Positions 36,822 through 46,839 are shown, counted from the stretch's first letter. The stretch: DNA of 64,000 nt from an uncultured Thioalkalispiraceae bacterium (GCA_964504295.1 CAZDEC010000007.1:664-64663), one strand, 5' to 3'. Notes: generated by a model from the letters alone, not told the origin. Numbers and translations: made by a program.

Positions 36822-38642
36822 TTATGTATTGTTATGATGCCCGCCATAAAGCCGACTATACAAGCCTTTATTCTGGATTAACTCATCGTGTGAACCTTGT
36901 TCAATAATATGCCCATCCTCAAAAACATAAACACGGTCAGCCTGTTTTACTGCACTTAAACGATGCGCAATGATAAGGGTTGTTTTATCCTGCAAGTAGT
37001 TATTAAGCGCAACATGTAGATTTTTTTCAGTATGTGCATCGAGTGCTGAGGTGGCTTCATCCAGAATAACAACTTTTGGTTCTGATAATAACATGCGGGC
37101 TATCGCAAGGCGTTGTAGTTGCCCACCTGATAGCCGAATGCCGTCATGACCGATTATCGTATCGAGTTGCGATGACAAGGCTTTTATCGCCTTTTTAAGT
37201 TGTGCGACTTCTAATGCCTGCCAAATTTTTTCGTCCTCAATATTTATTCCTAGGGTAAGGTTATTGCGTACACTTTCATTAAACATAGCGGGGTGTTGCA
37301 AAACAGTCGCGACATTATCACGCACGACATCCAGGCCGATCTCGGTTACGGGTATATCGTTGAAATACACCATACCTTTTTGATGTGGGTACATGCCGAG
37401 TATCACCTGCACCAGGGTCGATTTGCCACCGCCACTGGCGCCGACCAGAGCTACCTTTTCTCCGCGGTTAATATTTAAATTAACGCCATTTAATACCGGC
37501 TCGTTATCACCATAGGCAAACTGGATATTTTCTATTTTAATGGCAACGGTTTCTTTATTATTGAAAGGGTTTTTATTATGCGGGTATTGGGGTTCCTGTT
37601 GTAAACCGAGTAAATTATTAATGCGTGCCAAGGCGGCATTTGCAGCAAAGTAAGCGTATTGAATATTTAAAATTTCCTGTACCGGCGAAGTCATAAACCA
37701 GAGGTAGCCAAAGACCGCCATCATTTCACCGACTGTTAAATCGGAAAAGACCACCAGCAACATACTTAATGCACGGAATACATCGAAACCAATTAAGAAA
37801 ATACCAAACGATAAACGATTAGCAGCGTCACTGCGCCAGCTAAAAGAAGCGGAGTGTTGCTTTATTTCTTTCGCCTTATCGGCAACACGTTGGATATAAT
37901 GTTTCTCACGATTGCTGGCACGTATTTGCTGAATACCATCGAGTGTTTCAATTAACGATTGTTGAAATACGGCGTAGGCACTGTTTTCTTTTTTCTTGAG
38001 CGTTTTTACTTTTTTCCCGAGTACAACAGTAAAGTAAATAACCAGTGGGTTCATAAATAAAATAAACAGGGCAAGTTGCCAGTGTATTAGTAAAAGAATA
38101 ATGGTGATGCCAATTAAACTCAAGATAGCAATAAGTGCTTTGCTAATAGACGCGCCAATAAATTCATCAATCGCATTAATGTCGGTTACAAAATGCGAGC
38201 TAACTAAACCACTGCCCAGCACTTCATATTCAGACATAGAGATGCGTTGCAATTTATAAAGTAAGGCATGGCGTATGCGATAGGTAATGTCTTTAGAAAC
38301 AAAAGTGAACTGACGTGTTTGCCAAACCGTCAGGTATAAACCAGTAATGCGCAAACAAACGGTAATCCCCAGAATAGTTAAAATATACAGGCTTGAGCCA
38401 TGCCATTTCTCTGGTGTAAACATATTAGTAAAGGCAACGAGTGCCCCCGGTTGATTGAGCAATACCTCGTCAACCAGCAATGGCATTAATAAGGGGATAG
38501 GAACGGTTGCTAATACGGCAAATAAGGCGACGATATTGGCCGTAATAAGAGCCGGTTTATGTTCTCTTGCTACCGTTAAAATGTATTTCCAGTTGTAGCG
38601 GTTTATTTGAGGTTCTTTGTTTGTATGAGTGTCCGTTTGCAT
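36822..38642 (-). CDS. Type I ABC exporter, fused TMD-NBD (MsbA/ABCB-like), without peptidase domain
   Basis: Six N-terminal TM helices. Walker A GASGGGKST, signature LSGGQLQR, Walker B VVILDEATSALD. Confidence 0.9.
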   Translation of the reverse strand: MQTDTHTNKEPQINRYNWKYILTVAREHKPALITANIVALFAVLATVPIPLLMPLLVDEVLLNQPGALVAFTNMFTPEKWHGSSLYILTILGITVCLRITGLYLTVWQTRQFTFVSKDITYRIRHALLYKLQRISMSEYEVLGSGLVSSHFVTDINAIDEFIGASISKALIAILSLIGITIILLLIHWQLALFILFMNPLVIYFTVVLGKKVKTLKKKENSAYAVFQQSLIETLDGIQQIRASNREKHYIQRVADKAKEIKQHSASFSWRSDAANRLSFGIFLIGFDVFRALSMLLVVFSDLTVGEMMAVFGYLWFMTSPVQEILNIQYAYFAANAALARINNLLGLQQEPQYPHNKNPFNNKETVAIKIENIQFAYGDNEPVLNGVNLNINRGEKVALVGASGGGKSTLVQVILGMYPHQKGMVYFNDIPVTEIGLDVVRDNVATVLQHPAMFNESVRNNLTLGINIEDEKIWQALEVAQLKKAIKALSSQLDTIIGHDGIRLSGGQLQRLAIARMLLSEPKVVILDEATSALDAHTEKNLHVALNNYLQDKTTLIIAHRLSAVKQADRVYVFEDGHIIEQGSHDELIQNKGLYSRLYGGHHNNT

Positions 38643-38743
38643 AAGGCCAGAATATTGTGAACTGCATAAATAGGGATTGATGACTTACTGGCATCATATC
38701 AGTTTCACACTGGCTTGGCTTGAATCCAGGTATTGGCCGTTTT

Positions 38744-39013
38744 TTATTGCAGGGTGTTGCTACCGGGAGGTTGTATTGCTGTTGATATATCATTTTCCGG
38801 GTTTTGATTTTGCATCATTTCCACCAGGCTTCGGATCGATGCATCCTGTGGAATATCCTGAATATTTGAAAACCAGACATCAACAATCGCATTATTAACA
38901 TCGGTGTCTGAAGGTAAAACAGCCGGGCTACCGACAAATACCCAACGTTGGCCGTTTTGTGTTTTAATTGTAAGCAGCTGTAATGGCACGGTGTCGATTG
39001 CATCAGACTTCAT
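38744..39013 (-). CDS. Hypothetical 89-aa protein upstream of the ABC exporter
   Basis: ATG at 39013 has GGAG 7 nt upstream (aatatatGGAGattaaaATG). No recognisable motif or signal peptide. Confidence 0.45.
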   Translation of the reverse strand: MKSDAIDTVPLQLLTIKTQNGQRWVFVGSPAVLPSDTDVNNAIVDVWFSNIQDIPQDASIRSLVEMMQNQNPENDISTAIQPPGSNTLQ

Positions 39014-39081
39014 TTTAATCTCCATATATTTGACGATGGTATAGGCAGATGCATCAACCATGCCAGATATTATTTATTACA

Positions 39082-39227
39082 ATATTTCACCGCTGTCGCG
39101 TTAACTTGAAACTAATATTGTTGAAATGTAAGGTGTTTATACGTTTATGATAATGCTAACGACACCCCCATTCCATATCCTAACTTTTATAACCGCTCTA
39201 AAAGTTAACGCGACAGCGGTGAAATAT
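39082..39227. mobile_element. MITE-like element, family 2, copy B, with perfect 26-bp terminal inverted repeats
   Basis: ATATTTCACCGCTGTCGCGTTAACTT (39082-39107) is the exact reverse complement of AAGTTAACGCGACAGCGGTGAAATAT (39202-39227). The core is shared with copy A. Confidence 0.65.
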
Positions 39228-39244
39228 TTTAAAAGACAAAATTT

Positions 39245-39904
39245 ATGAAACATCTACAAATAACCGATAATCTATATCACTATATATTGCAGCACTCGCT
39301 TAACGAGCATCCGGTGTTACAAAAAATGCGTGAAGATAATAAAGCTGACGAACTTATTTCTCTTATGCAAATTGCCCCGGAGCAAGGGCAGTTTATGACT
39401 TTTATCATTAAGCTCTTACAGGTTAAGCAAATACTGGAAATTGGCACATCCACTGGCTACAGCAGCCTAGTGATGGCATTAGCCCTGCCAGAAGATGGTC
39501 AGTTGATAACTTGTGATATTAATGAATGCGCCACGACGAAAGCTAAACAGTACTGGCAACAAGCAAAGGTAGAGAAAAAAATTAGTTTGAAGCTTGCGCC
39601 GGCATTAGATACTTTGAATGATATGCTTAAATCAGGTTATTCCAGTTATTTTGATATGGCTTTTATCGATGCAGACAAAGAAAATTATAATGCCTACTAC
39701 GAAGCAAGTTTAAGTTTACTTAAACCCAACGGACTGATACTTGTCGACAATGTTTTGTGGGGTGGTGCAGTGGTGGATAAGAATAATAACCAGGCTGATA
39801 CGCAAGCGATTCGTGCTTTAAATGAAAAACTACATAATGACGAACGTGTAGAAATTTGTATGTTGCCTGTATCTGACGGTTTAACTTTGGTACGGAAAAA
39901 ATAG
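39245..39904 (+). CDS. Class I SAM-dependent O-methyltransferase (caffeoyl-CoA OMT / YrrM-TrmR-like family)
   Basis: ILEIGTSTGYSSL motif I, FDMAFIDADKENY and GLILVDNVLWGG blocks. Confidence 0.85.
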   Translation: MKHLQITDNLYHYILQHSLNEHPVLQKMREDNKADELISLMQIAPEQGQFMTFIIKLLQVKQILEIGTSTGYSSLVMALALPEDGQLITCDINECATTKAKQYWQQAKVEKKISLKLAPALDTLNDMLKSGYSSYFDMAFIDADKENYNAYYEASLSLLKPNGLILVDNVLWGGAVVDKNNNQADTQAIRALNEKLHNDERVEICMLPVSDGLTLVRKK

Positions 39905-40000
39905 AAAATACAAAGCAGTGATAAAACCTATGGCCTTTACCCGAATTAATAATAAGCCAATCAGATCATCGCAACAAAAATGGCTGCAAAGAGTTAAATA

Positions 40001-40507
40001 ATGGCAATCGTAATAAGTGCCTTGCGAGATAGTGCAGCGCAAACAACAGAATATTTAAAGCTGCTCGCGCAGTGGCATCATAACGAGTGGTTGCACCTCA
40101 ATCCCGGCGCAACGTTAGAGCAGCGAATTGTACGCTATCAAAAAAGTATTCAATCCACCGTTCTACCAGAAATTTTTATTGCTAGCCATGATCATAAGCT
40201 ACTAGGTTCAGTTACCCTTGATAAAGATGATATGGATACACGCCAATACCTTACGCCTTGGTTAGCGAGTTTGTATGTTGAACCCGACAGCCGGGGCTTA
40301 GGCATTGGCAGCGGTTTAATTCAGTATTGTGTTGATTATGCGAAGCAACTTGATTATAAAAACCTTTACTTGTTTACCGAAGAGCAAACGCAATTCTATC
40401 AACAACGCGGTTTTCGCTTTGTTGAAACACTGGAATATCGGCAGGTTGAGGTCGACTTAATGTACCAAAATTTAAAAACACAGGAAGAAAAGGATAATGG
40501 CGGATAA
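40001..40507 (+). CDS. GNAT-family N-acetyltransferase
   Basis: LASLYVEPDSRGLGIGSGLIQY (acetyl-CoA binding R/Q-x-x-G-x-G/A) and ...LYLFT.....FYQQRGF. Confidence 0.8.
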   Translation: MAIVISALRDSAAQTTEYLKLLAQWHHNEWLHLNPGATLEQRIVRYQKSIQSTVLPEIFIASHDHKLLGSVTLDKDDMDTRQYLTPWLASLYVEPDSRGLGIGSGLIQYCVDYAKQLDYKNLYLFTEEQTQFYQQRGFRFVETLEYRQVEVDLMYQNLKTQEEKDNGG

Positions 40508-41093
40508 TTCTATTTTAAGCGATTCAGCTCTTGAGCAACTATTCAGGTCAGCGCGAAGTCATAATGGTTGGCAGGACAAACCCGTTACAGACGAACAGCT
40601 TCAGCAACTCTACGATTTAATGAAGTGGGGGCCAACCAGTGCCAATAGCTGCCCGGCACGTATTGTTTTTGTTAAATCTGCCGAAGCGAAAGAGCGCTTA
40701 AAGCCGAGCCTGCAGGAAGGCAATATCGAAAAATCCATGACTGCGCCGATTGTGGCTATTATTGCTATGGATATGGAATTCTATGAAGAGTTTGAAACCT
40801 TATTTCCGCATGCTGATGCTAAATCCTGGTATGTGGGTAAAGCTAAAAAAATTCAGGAGTCGGCATTTCGTGATAGTTCATTGCAGGCGGCCTATTTAAT
40901 CATGGCGGCAAGAAGTCTTGGTCTGGATTGCGGCCCGATGTCGGGTTTTGACAATGCGGTTTTAGATGCCGAATTTTTCCCCGATGGAAAAGTGAAATCT
41001 AATTTTATTTGTGGAATTGGTTATGGGGATGAAGCCAAGTTATTTCCACGGCTTGCTCGGCTCAGTTTCGAACGGGTTTGTAGCATTGTTTAA
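40497..41093 (+). CDS. Nitroreductase-family malonic semialdehyde reductase RutE-like protein
   Basis: LFRSARSHNGWQDKPVTDEQLQQLYDLMKWGPTSANSCPARIVFV and MSGFD blocks. Overlaps the GNAT gene by 11 nt. Confidence 0.85.
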   Translation: MADNSILSDSALEQLFRSARSHNGWQDKPVTDEQLQQLYDLMKWGPTSANSCPARIVFVKSAEAKERLKPSLQEGNIEKSMTAPIVAIIAMDMEFYEEFETLFPHADAKSWYVGKAKKIQESAFRDSSLQAAYLIMAARSLGLDCGPMSGFDNAVLDAEFFPDGKVKSNFICGIGYGDEAKLFPRLARLSFERVCSIV

Positions 41094-41124
41094 GTGGTCG
41101 GCCAGTAATTAGTTAACGGCTCTT

Positions 41125-41349
41125 CTAGCCATTAAAATGCATAATGCCACAACGTCGTAAGTAGGTTTTAAGGCCTTCTTTGGCTTCACCCAAGTTTTTG
41201 AATGGGCCTTGTGGCTCATCTTCTCGGGTATTGAAAAACCATGAGGCATTTGCGGTATAGTAGCGTTTTGAACGATGGGGGATAGCATTATCTTCACCCT
41301 GACGTGGAAGGTGGTGCGTGCTTTGTTTACCGATTGGTACAACTCTCAT
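41125..41349 (-). CDS. Small WFF-motif protein, paralog 3
   Basis: IPHRSKRYYTANASWFFNTREDEPQGPFKNLGEAKEGLKTYL. Confidence 0.65.
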   Translation of the reverse strand: MRVVPIGKQSTHHLPRQGEDNAIPHRSKRYYTANASWFFNTREDEPQGPFKNLGEAKEGLKTYLRRCGIMHFNG

Positions 41350-41537
41350 GATCCTGCCCTGAATTATGCTTTTATTAATTTAGTACTATTTGTATTATTA
41401 GCGGCCTATTTAATTTGTGGGGTGATTTTAACCAATTTTGAAGAAGCCGTCTGTCGGTATAAGACTACATTTGGAAAATAGTATGCCGCCAAAATTTTGA
41501 AGTGAGTATAAACTTACCTTTAATATTATGATAATAA

Positions 41538-42068
41538 ATGAAATTTAATATTTTAAAATTAATGTCCAAGAGCGTCTTTTTATCGGATAAGAAGCGCCTG
41601 GAGTGGTTTCCGCCTTTTTTCTTTATGCGTATCAAGGTTATTTCGTTAAGTTCCGATTGGCGGCATATACACATTAAATTGCCGTTAAACATGGTTTCTC
41701 GCAATATGGGGGGCAGCATGTTTGGAGGCTATCAAACAGCCCTGGCCGACCCTATTGCGGCGTTGGCCTGCAACCGGGTGTTGAATCGAAAGTACAATGT
41801 CTGGACACGCTATCAGGAGGTGGACTTTCGCTATGAAGGCAATTCAGACTTAGAGTTACGCTTTGACTTCAGCCCCGAAATAGAAAAACAAATTCATGCC
41901 GATTTAGAATCAAAAGGCCGCAGTACCCCCACATTTGAATACGGCTATTATCGCGCAGATGGAGTAGAATGCACTCACATTAAAAATACCGTTGCGATTC
42001 GCCCGGTTGGTTATAAACCCAAAAAACCACCTCACCAAAAAAACACTTCACCAAAAAAAACTCAATAG
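41538..42068 (+). CDS. Hotdog-fold thioesterase-like protein (PaaI/DUF4442-like); start uncertain
   Basis: NMGGSMFGGYQTALADPIAALAC resembles the N..G..HGG....L.D...G.A hotdog motif. Basic Pro/Lys-rich tail. Ends 8 nt before the lpxA-like ATG. Confidence 0.5.
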   Translation: MKFNILKLMSKSVFLSDKKRLEWFPPFFFMRIKVISLSSDWRHIHIKLPLNMVSRNMGGSMFGGYQTALADPIAALACNRVLNRKYNVWTRYQEVDFRYEGNSDLELRFDFSPEIEKQIHADLESKGRSTPTFEYGYYRADGVECTHIKNTVAIRPVGYKPKKPPHQKNTSPKKTQ

Positions 42069-42075
42069 ATTAAAA

Positions 42076-42861
42076 ATGAAAAATACCATCCATCCCAGTG
42101 CTATTATCGACCCTAAAGCCGAATTAGGAACCGCTAACAGCATTGCAGCTAATACCCTGATAGAAGCCGATGTGGTGCTCGGTGACAACAACGTCCTGCA
42201 TCATGGTGCGGTATTAAAAAACGGCTGTCGCATTGGTAATAATAATTCTTTTTATGAATATGCGGTGATGGGCGGTTGCCCTCAGGATGTAGGTTTTGAT
42301 AAACAAGCTCAAACGTTTGTTGAAATAGGTGACAACAATGAATTTAGAGAATACAGCAGCGTAAATCGTGCCACTCTAAAAGAGCAGGGTACCACTATAC
42401 TTGGTAATAATAATTACCTAATGGCTAATGCACATATCGGGCATGACTGTGTGCTGGCTAACAATATCGTGATGGTCGTGAGTGCTGGTATTGGTGGCCA
42501 TGTACATGTTGGACAAAATGCTTTTATATCGGGCGGGGTGATGGTGCATCAATTCACCCGCATAGGTGCCTATGCAATGATTGGTGGCAATGCCAAAATT
42601 ACTCAGGATGTTTTGCCGTACTTTATTACCGATGGCCTGCCGGCGAGTGTTAAAGGCATTAATGTGGTTGGCTTAAAAAGAGCGGGATTCAAGAAATCGG
42701 ATATTACGGCTTTAAAGCAGGCCTATCGCTTAATTTTTAGTTCGGGACTGTCGCTGGAGCAGGTAATAAGCCAGTTAAAAAAGATTAACTCTAATATAAT
42801 CAATGACTTAGCGGTATTTATTGGGCAATCCAAGCGTGGATTTCATCGTGTTGAACGTTAA
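42076..42861 (+). CDS. lpxA: Acyl-ACP--UDP-GlcNAc O-acyltransferase (LpxA)-like left-handed beta-helix protein; probably a paralog, given its non-canonical context
   Basis: IHPSAIIDPKAELG start typical of LpxA, hexapeptide repeats, catalytic-His block NAHIGHDCVLANN and a C-terminal helical domain (NVVGLKRAGF...LKQAYRLIF). ATG 42076 preferred over the 41992 extension. Confidence 0.8.
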   Translation: MKNTIHPSAIIDPKAELGTANSIAANTLIEADVVLGDNNVLHHGAVLKNGCRIGNNNSFYEYAVMGGCPQDVGFDKQAQTFVEIGDNNEFREYSSVNRATLKEQGTTILGNNNYLMANAHIGHDCVLANNIVMVVSAGIGGHVHVGQNAFISGGVMVHQFTRIGAYAMIGGNAKITQDVLPYFITDGLPASVKGINVVGLKRAGFKKSDITALKQAYRLIFSSGLSLEQVISQLKKINSNIINDLAVFIGQSKRGFHRVER

Positions 42862-42970
42862 AACTGAGGAATTAGCGAAAAATACTTTAATTTCAACAAT
42901 CTAATTTATCTCAATAAAGTGTCATAAAAAGGCAAACAGGGCTTTATTCTAGGCTAGCCTACCGCTAAAA

Positions 42971-43552
42971 TTGCCGATTCAAAATATTCTTAAAAATAGT
43001 AGAGATAATATTGTGGGTGTAGAAGTTAATTCGGAAGTAAAAGGTAAGTCGAGCTTTAATCGAGAAGAGTTACTCCAATGCGGACGTGGCGAATTATTTG
43101 GCGAAGGGAATGCACAATTACCCTTACCACCAATGCTAATGTTTGATCGCATTGTTAATATTAATGAAGACGGTGGGCAGTATGGTAAAGGCGAGGTCAT
43201 TGCTGAGCTGGATATCAATCCTGACCTATGGTTTTTTGATTGCCATTTTAAAGGTGACCCAGTTATGCCTGGTTGTTTGGGACTTGATGCTCTCTGGCAA
43301 CTTGTTGGCTTTTATTTAGGCTGGTTAGGTGGCCCGGGACATGGTCGCGCGCTGGGTTCGGGTGAAGTTAAATTTACCGGTCAGGTTACACCGAAGAATA
43401 AATTAATTACATACCGTATTGAGCTAAAGCGCGTGATTATGCGTAAATTAACCATGGGTATTGCGGATGCACATATGACAGTGGATGGTCGCGAGATATA
43501 CACGGCAAGTGATTTGCGTGTAGGATTATTTACATCAACTGATGGGTTTTAA
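42971..43552 (+). CDS. fabA: 3-hydroxydecanoyl-ACP dehydratase / trans-2-decenoyl-ACP isomerase
   Basis: Near-colinear with E. coli FabA: GRGELFG...QLP.PPMLM.DR...[57 protein letters not shown]. The real start may be an internal GTG (about 43014). Confidence 0.95.
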   Translation: MPIQNILKNSRDNIVGVEVNSEVKGKSSFNREELLQCGRGELFGEGNAQLPLPPMLMFDRIVNINEDGGQYGKGEVIAELDINPDLWFFDCHFKGDPVMPGCLGLDALWQLVGFYLGWLGGPGHGRALGSGEVKFTGQVTPKNKLITYRIELKRVIMRKLTMGIADAHMTVDGREIYTASDLRVGLFTSTDGF

Positions 43553-43556
43553 AAAA

Positions 43557-44783
43557 ATGTCATTACGTCGAGTTGTTATAACAGGGTTAGGGGTTGTTTC
43601 CAGTATTGGCAACAATCAACAAGAAGTGACTGCCGCATTAAAAGCAGGCAAGTCAGGTTTAAGTTTTTCACAGGAATATGCGGACATGGGTTTTCGTTCA
43701 CATGTGCATGGCGATCTGGATATTGATCTTGATGGTTTAATCGACCGTAAATTAAAACGTTTTATGGGTGATGGTGCAGCGTATAACTATATTGCTATGC
43801 AGCAAGCGATTGAAGATGCCGGTCTTGAAGACAGTGATGTGTCCAATATTCGCTCTGGTTTAGTGGTTGGTTCAGGCGGGCCGTCAACATCTAATCTCGT
43901 ATATGCTGCGGATGTTATGCGTGAAAAAGGTATTCGTCGAGTTGGCCCTTATATGGTCACACGCGCTATGTCGAGTACTAACTCGGCCTGTTTAGCCACA
44001 CCGTTTAAAATTAAAGGTGTGAACTACTCAATCAGTTCGGCCTGTTCAACGTCGGCACACTGCGTTGGTCATGGTGTTGAACTTATCCAGATGGGTAAAC
44101 AGGACATTGTGTTTGCCGGTGGCGGGGAAGAACTGCACTGGACTATGAGTGTGTTGTTTGACGGCATGGGTGCGTTATCATCCAAATATAATGACAAACC
44201 TGAAACCGCTGCACGTGCTTATGATGCAGCCCGCGATGGTTTTGTTATTTCCGGTGGTGGAGGCATGTTTGTATTAGAAGAACTCGAACATGCAAAAGCC
44301 CGTGGTGCAAAAATTTATGCTGAGATTGTTGGCTATGGTGCCACTTCTGATGGTGCCGACATGGTACAACCATCGGGTGAAGGCGCCGTACGTTGCATGC
44401 AACAAGCACTTGCAACTGTTGATGACGATGTAAAAATTGATTACATCAATGCGCATGGCACCAGCACACCGGTTGGCGATATAAAAGAACTTGAAGCCAT
44501 GAAAGAAGTTTTTGGTGATAAAATACCTTATATTTCATCAACCAAATCATTAACCGGCCATGCATTAGGTGCTGCCGGTGTTAATGAAGCAATCTATTCA
44601 TTATTAATGATGCAGGAAAACTTCCTATGTGCATCGGCCAACATTGTCGAACTCGATGAAGGTGCAAAAGGTTTTCCAATTGTGCGTGAGTTAATGGAAA
44701 ACGTAGAGTTAAACTGTGTTATGTCGAACAGCTTTGGGTTTGGCGGCACCAATGCCTGTTTGGTGATGCAGCGTTATAAATAA
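43557..44783 (+). CDS. fabB: Beta-ketoacyl-ACP synthase I
   Basis: [16 protein letters not shown], active-site [22 protein letters not shown] and [12 protein letters not shown] blocks. Confidence 0.95.
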   Translation: MSLRRVVITGLGVVSSIGNNQQEVTAALKAGKSGLSFSQEYADMGFRSHVHGDLDIDLDGLIDRKLKRFMGDGAAYNYIAMQQAIEDAGLEDSDVSNIRSGLVVGSGGPSTSNLVYAADVMREKGIRRVGPYMVTRAMSSTNSACLATPFKIKGVNYSISSACSTSAHCVGHGVELIQMGKQDIVFAGGGEELHWTMSVLFDGMGALSSKYNDKPETAARAYDAARDGFVISGGGGMFVLEELEHAKARGAKIYAEIVGYGATSDGADMVQPSGEGAVRCMQQALATVDDDVKIDYINAHGTSTPVGDIKELEAMKEVFGDKIPYISSTKSLTGHALGAAGVNEAIYSLLMMQENFLCASANIVELDEGAKGFPIVRELMENVELNCVMSNSFGFGGTNACLVMQRYK

Positions 44784-44807
44784 AATTATAATTACATTGT
44801 TACTTAT

Positions 44808-44837
44808 AAAAAAACCTGCAGATGCAGGTTTTTTTAT
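44808..44837. terminator. Bidirectional rho-independent terminator between convergent genes
   Basis: AAAAA-ACCTGC-agat-GCAGGT-TTTTTTT. Confidence 0.7.
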
Positions 44838-44842
44838 AAGTT

Positions 44843-45715
44843 TTATTTGTGGTTTGTTTTTTCTTTTTCTATCTTTTTAAGTAAATATTTTTTATAAGAT
44901 TCTTTTCTTAAAATATCATATTTTATGTATTTATTAAAAACATTTTCTTCGGGTGATTTTATTTTTGGTAGTATGCCAATAAATTCAAATGTGTCAGGGT
45001 TGAATGCGGCAATTCCAAAATTATACCGTGCTTTTATTGCGATAAATAAAAAATCATTTTTTGATGCATTATGTTTTTTTAGGAAGTCATGGAAGAGTTG
45101 CAGTTCTTTATCGCTGTATACATCTTTAATATAGCGTTCTACATCAATTGAAAATAAACGCATTTTTTTTAAAATACGGGCATCTATTTTTTTGTACAGT
45201 GAGGTGTTGAGGTATAAGGGTTCCTGCGATTTTAAAGCTTGTACATTGAGATCCGAAAACTTAATGTTGTCATCAGGAAGATCCAGGTAAATAGTAATGG
45301 CTCCACTAATTCTATATTGCTCTAAATCTTTCACTGATATATTTCGTTCACGCATATCGTAGCCGGTAACAATATTAAGAGTACCATCCTGAAAAACTTT
45401 TGCGACGGCACGTTCATTTTGTACAACATAGATGCCGGAAAATAGGGCGCTAAACTGTATTGCGCCAATAATAATAAGATCGATTTTTAGACCTTTTTTG
45501 CCAGGCTTGAATACAATAAGGGTGAGTAAGGGGCCAAGCACAATATCAACGGCGGCGATTAATCGCACACCTTGCCAACCACCGTCAATAATAAAAAAGG
45601 GCTGCGGGTACCAGTGAAAAATAATAAAGTATAAAACAATGGCAAAAATAACCAGACTGATGCCGAAATGGGTTAAAAAGGCTTGCTTGCGGGAAATGTC
45701 TTTTAATTGAAACAT
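44843..45715 (-). CDS. Membrane protein of unknown function with three N-terminal TM helices (faint resemblance to FimB-type pilin accessory proteins, unverified)
   Basis: FGISLVIFAIVLYFIIFHWYPQPFF...GGWQGVRLIAAVDIVLGPLLTLIVF. Confidence 0.55.
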   Translation of the reverse strand: MFQLKDISRKQAFLTHFGISLVIFAIVLYFIIFHWYPQPFFIIDGGWQGVRLIAAVDIVLGPLLTLIVFKPGKKGLKIDLIIIGAIQFSALFSGIYVVQNERAVAKVFQDGTLNIVTGYDMRERNISVKDLEQYRISGAITIYLDLPDDNIKFSDLNVQALKSQEPLYLNTSLYKKIDARILKKMRLFSIDVERYIKDVYSDKELQLFHDFLKKHNASKNDFLFIAIKARYNFGIAAFNPDTFEFIGILPKIKSPEENVFNKYIKYDILRKESYKKYLLKKIEKEKTNHK

Positions 45716-45732
45716 GGGGTCTCCAATTGAGT

Positions 45733-46839
45733 TTATCTCTTTAATAACTGTGTAAATAATATAAGTAATGGTTTTAACTGTTCGTAAAGATGTTCTAAAT
45801 GTGGTTTTACTTCATCGGCTTCTCCTTGTTCTAATAGTTTAATGGCTTGCTCAATGGTAAGTGGTTCGATTGAGTCGAGTTCAATGATCGGTACGTAGCT
45901 TTCACTCACTAGTGTATTGCCACCGTCGTTTATGGCTAGGTTAAGACATGTTTCGGTCAAGGTATAAATTTCTTTAAAATTACTGTCTTTATTTATGTTC
46001 GGTTCAACAATACCGGCACTGGCGGTGAAGCTGAAATTTTTGCTGGTTAGTTTGCGTGTGGGTATTTCGTCTATAATACGTTGTGCTAATTTTTCGGCTT
46101 CATTTAAGTTGGTCTGATTGAGAAAAAGTGCAAATTTAGCCAGGCCAACGCGTGCCGCCATATCTTCCTTACGTACATGCTGGTTCAAACACTTAGCAAT
46201 GGTTTGTATAACTTCATCGGCTATCTTTTTACCATACTTGATAAAGAGCTGGTTAAAATTATCAATATCAATTCGTAGTACACAGCAGTGGCCCTTATGC
46301 CGAATTAAGGAGGAAAGTTGTTCGTCGGCGGCTTTTTCAAAATAGCGCTGACTTCCTAGGCCAGTTAATTCATCAACGGCAGCCTGTTTTTCAAGTTTTT
46401 CGGCTGTTTCAGATAATCTTTTAGAGGTTTCTTCAAATTTAAGATGAGACTGAGCACGTGCTAGGAGCTGTGCTTTATCAAAAGGTTTGCCAATAAAGTC
46501 ATCGGCACCTTTATCCAACGCTTCCATCTTTGCCTGGTCGTCATCCTCCTTGCCGGTGATAATAATGACCGGGAGCGCTGCGATGCGATCATCTTCCGCG
46601 TTACGGATACGTTCTAGTAAGCCGTAGCCATCAAGATAGGGCATAGATAGGTCGGTAAATACAATTTGAATATCTTTATGGTGCTCGAGTAAGACCCAGG
46701 CATCTTCACCGTGTTCGGCCTCAATAACGTTATATTGTACGGATAAAATTTTACAGATCGCACGGCGCATTACCCGAGAATCATCGACGGCAAGGATGGT
46801 TGCTTTGCTACTTTGCTGGTTATCTTCTGAGTCAGTCAT
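45733..46839 (-). CDS. Response regulator: REC + degenerate GGDEF domain (GLAKF in place of GGDEF)
   Basis: REC (ILAVDDSRVMR...VFTDLSMPYLDGY...FIGKP). GGDEF fold (DELTGLGSQRYF...LRIDIDNFNQL...) with the active-site position reading ARVGLAKFALFL. ATG 46839 (MTDSED...) is the likely start. Confidence 0.85.
   Translation of the reverse strand: MTDSEDNQQSSKATILAVDDSRVMRRAICKILSVQYNVIEAEHGEDAWVLLEHHKDIQIVFTDLSMPYLDGYGLLERIRNAEDDRIAALPVIIITGKEDDDQAKMEALDKGADDFIGKPFDKAQLLARAQSHLKFEETSKRLSETAEKLEKQAAVDELTGLGSQRYFEKAADEQLSSLIRHKGHCCVLRIDIDNFNQLFIKYGKKIADEVIQTIAKCLNQHVRKEDMAARVGLAKFALFLNQTNLNEAEKLAQRIIDEIPTRKLTSKNFSFTASAGIVEPNINKDSNFKEIYTLTETCLNLAINDGGNTLVSESYVPIIELDSIEPLTIEQAIKLLEQGEADEVKPHLEHLYEQLKPLLILFTQLLKR

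Noticed and set aside
41992-42075. 84-nt 5' extension of the lpxA-like ORF overlapping the hotdog gene. Similar extensions: 35619-35678 (DUF924), 27513-27563 (ispB), 43542-43556 (fabB), 46840-46905 (REC-GGDEF)
   Set aside because: In each case, family N-termini and RBS positions favour the internal ATG. The extensions overlap upstream genes or lack homology.
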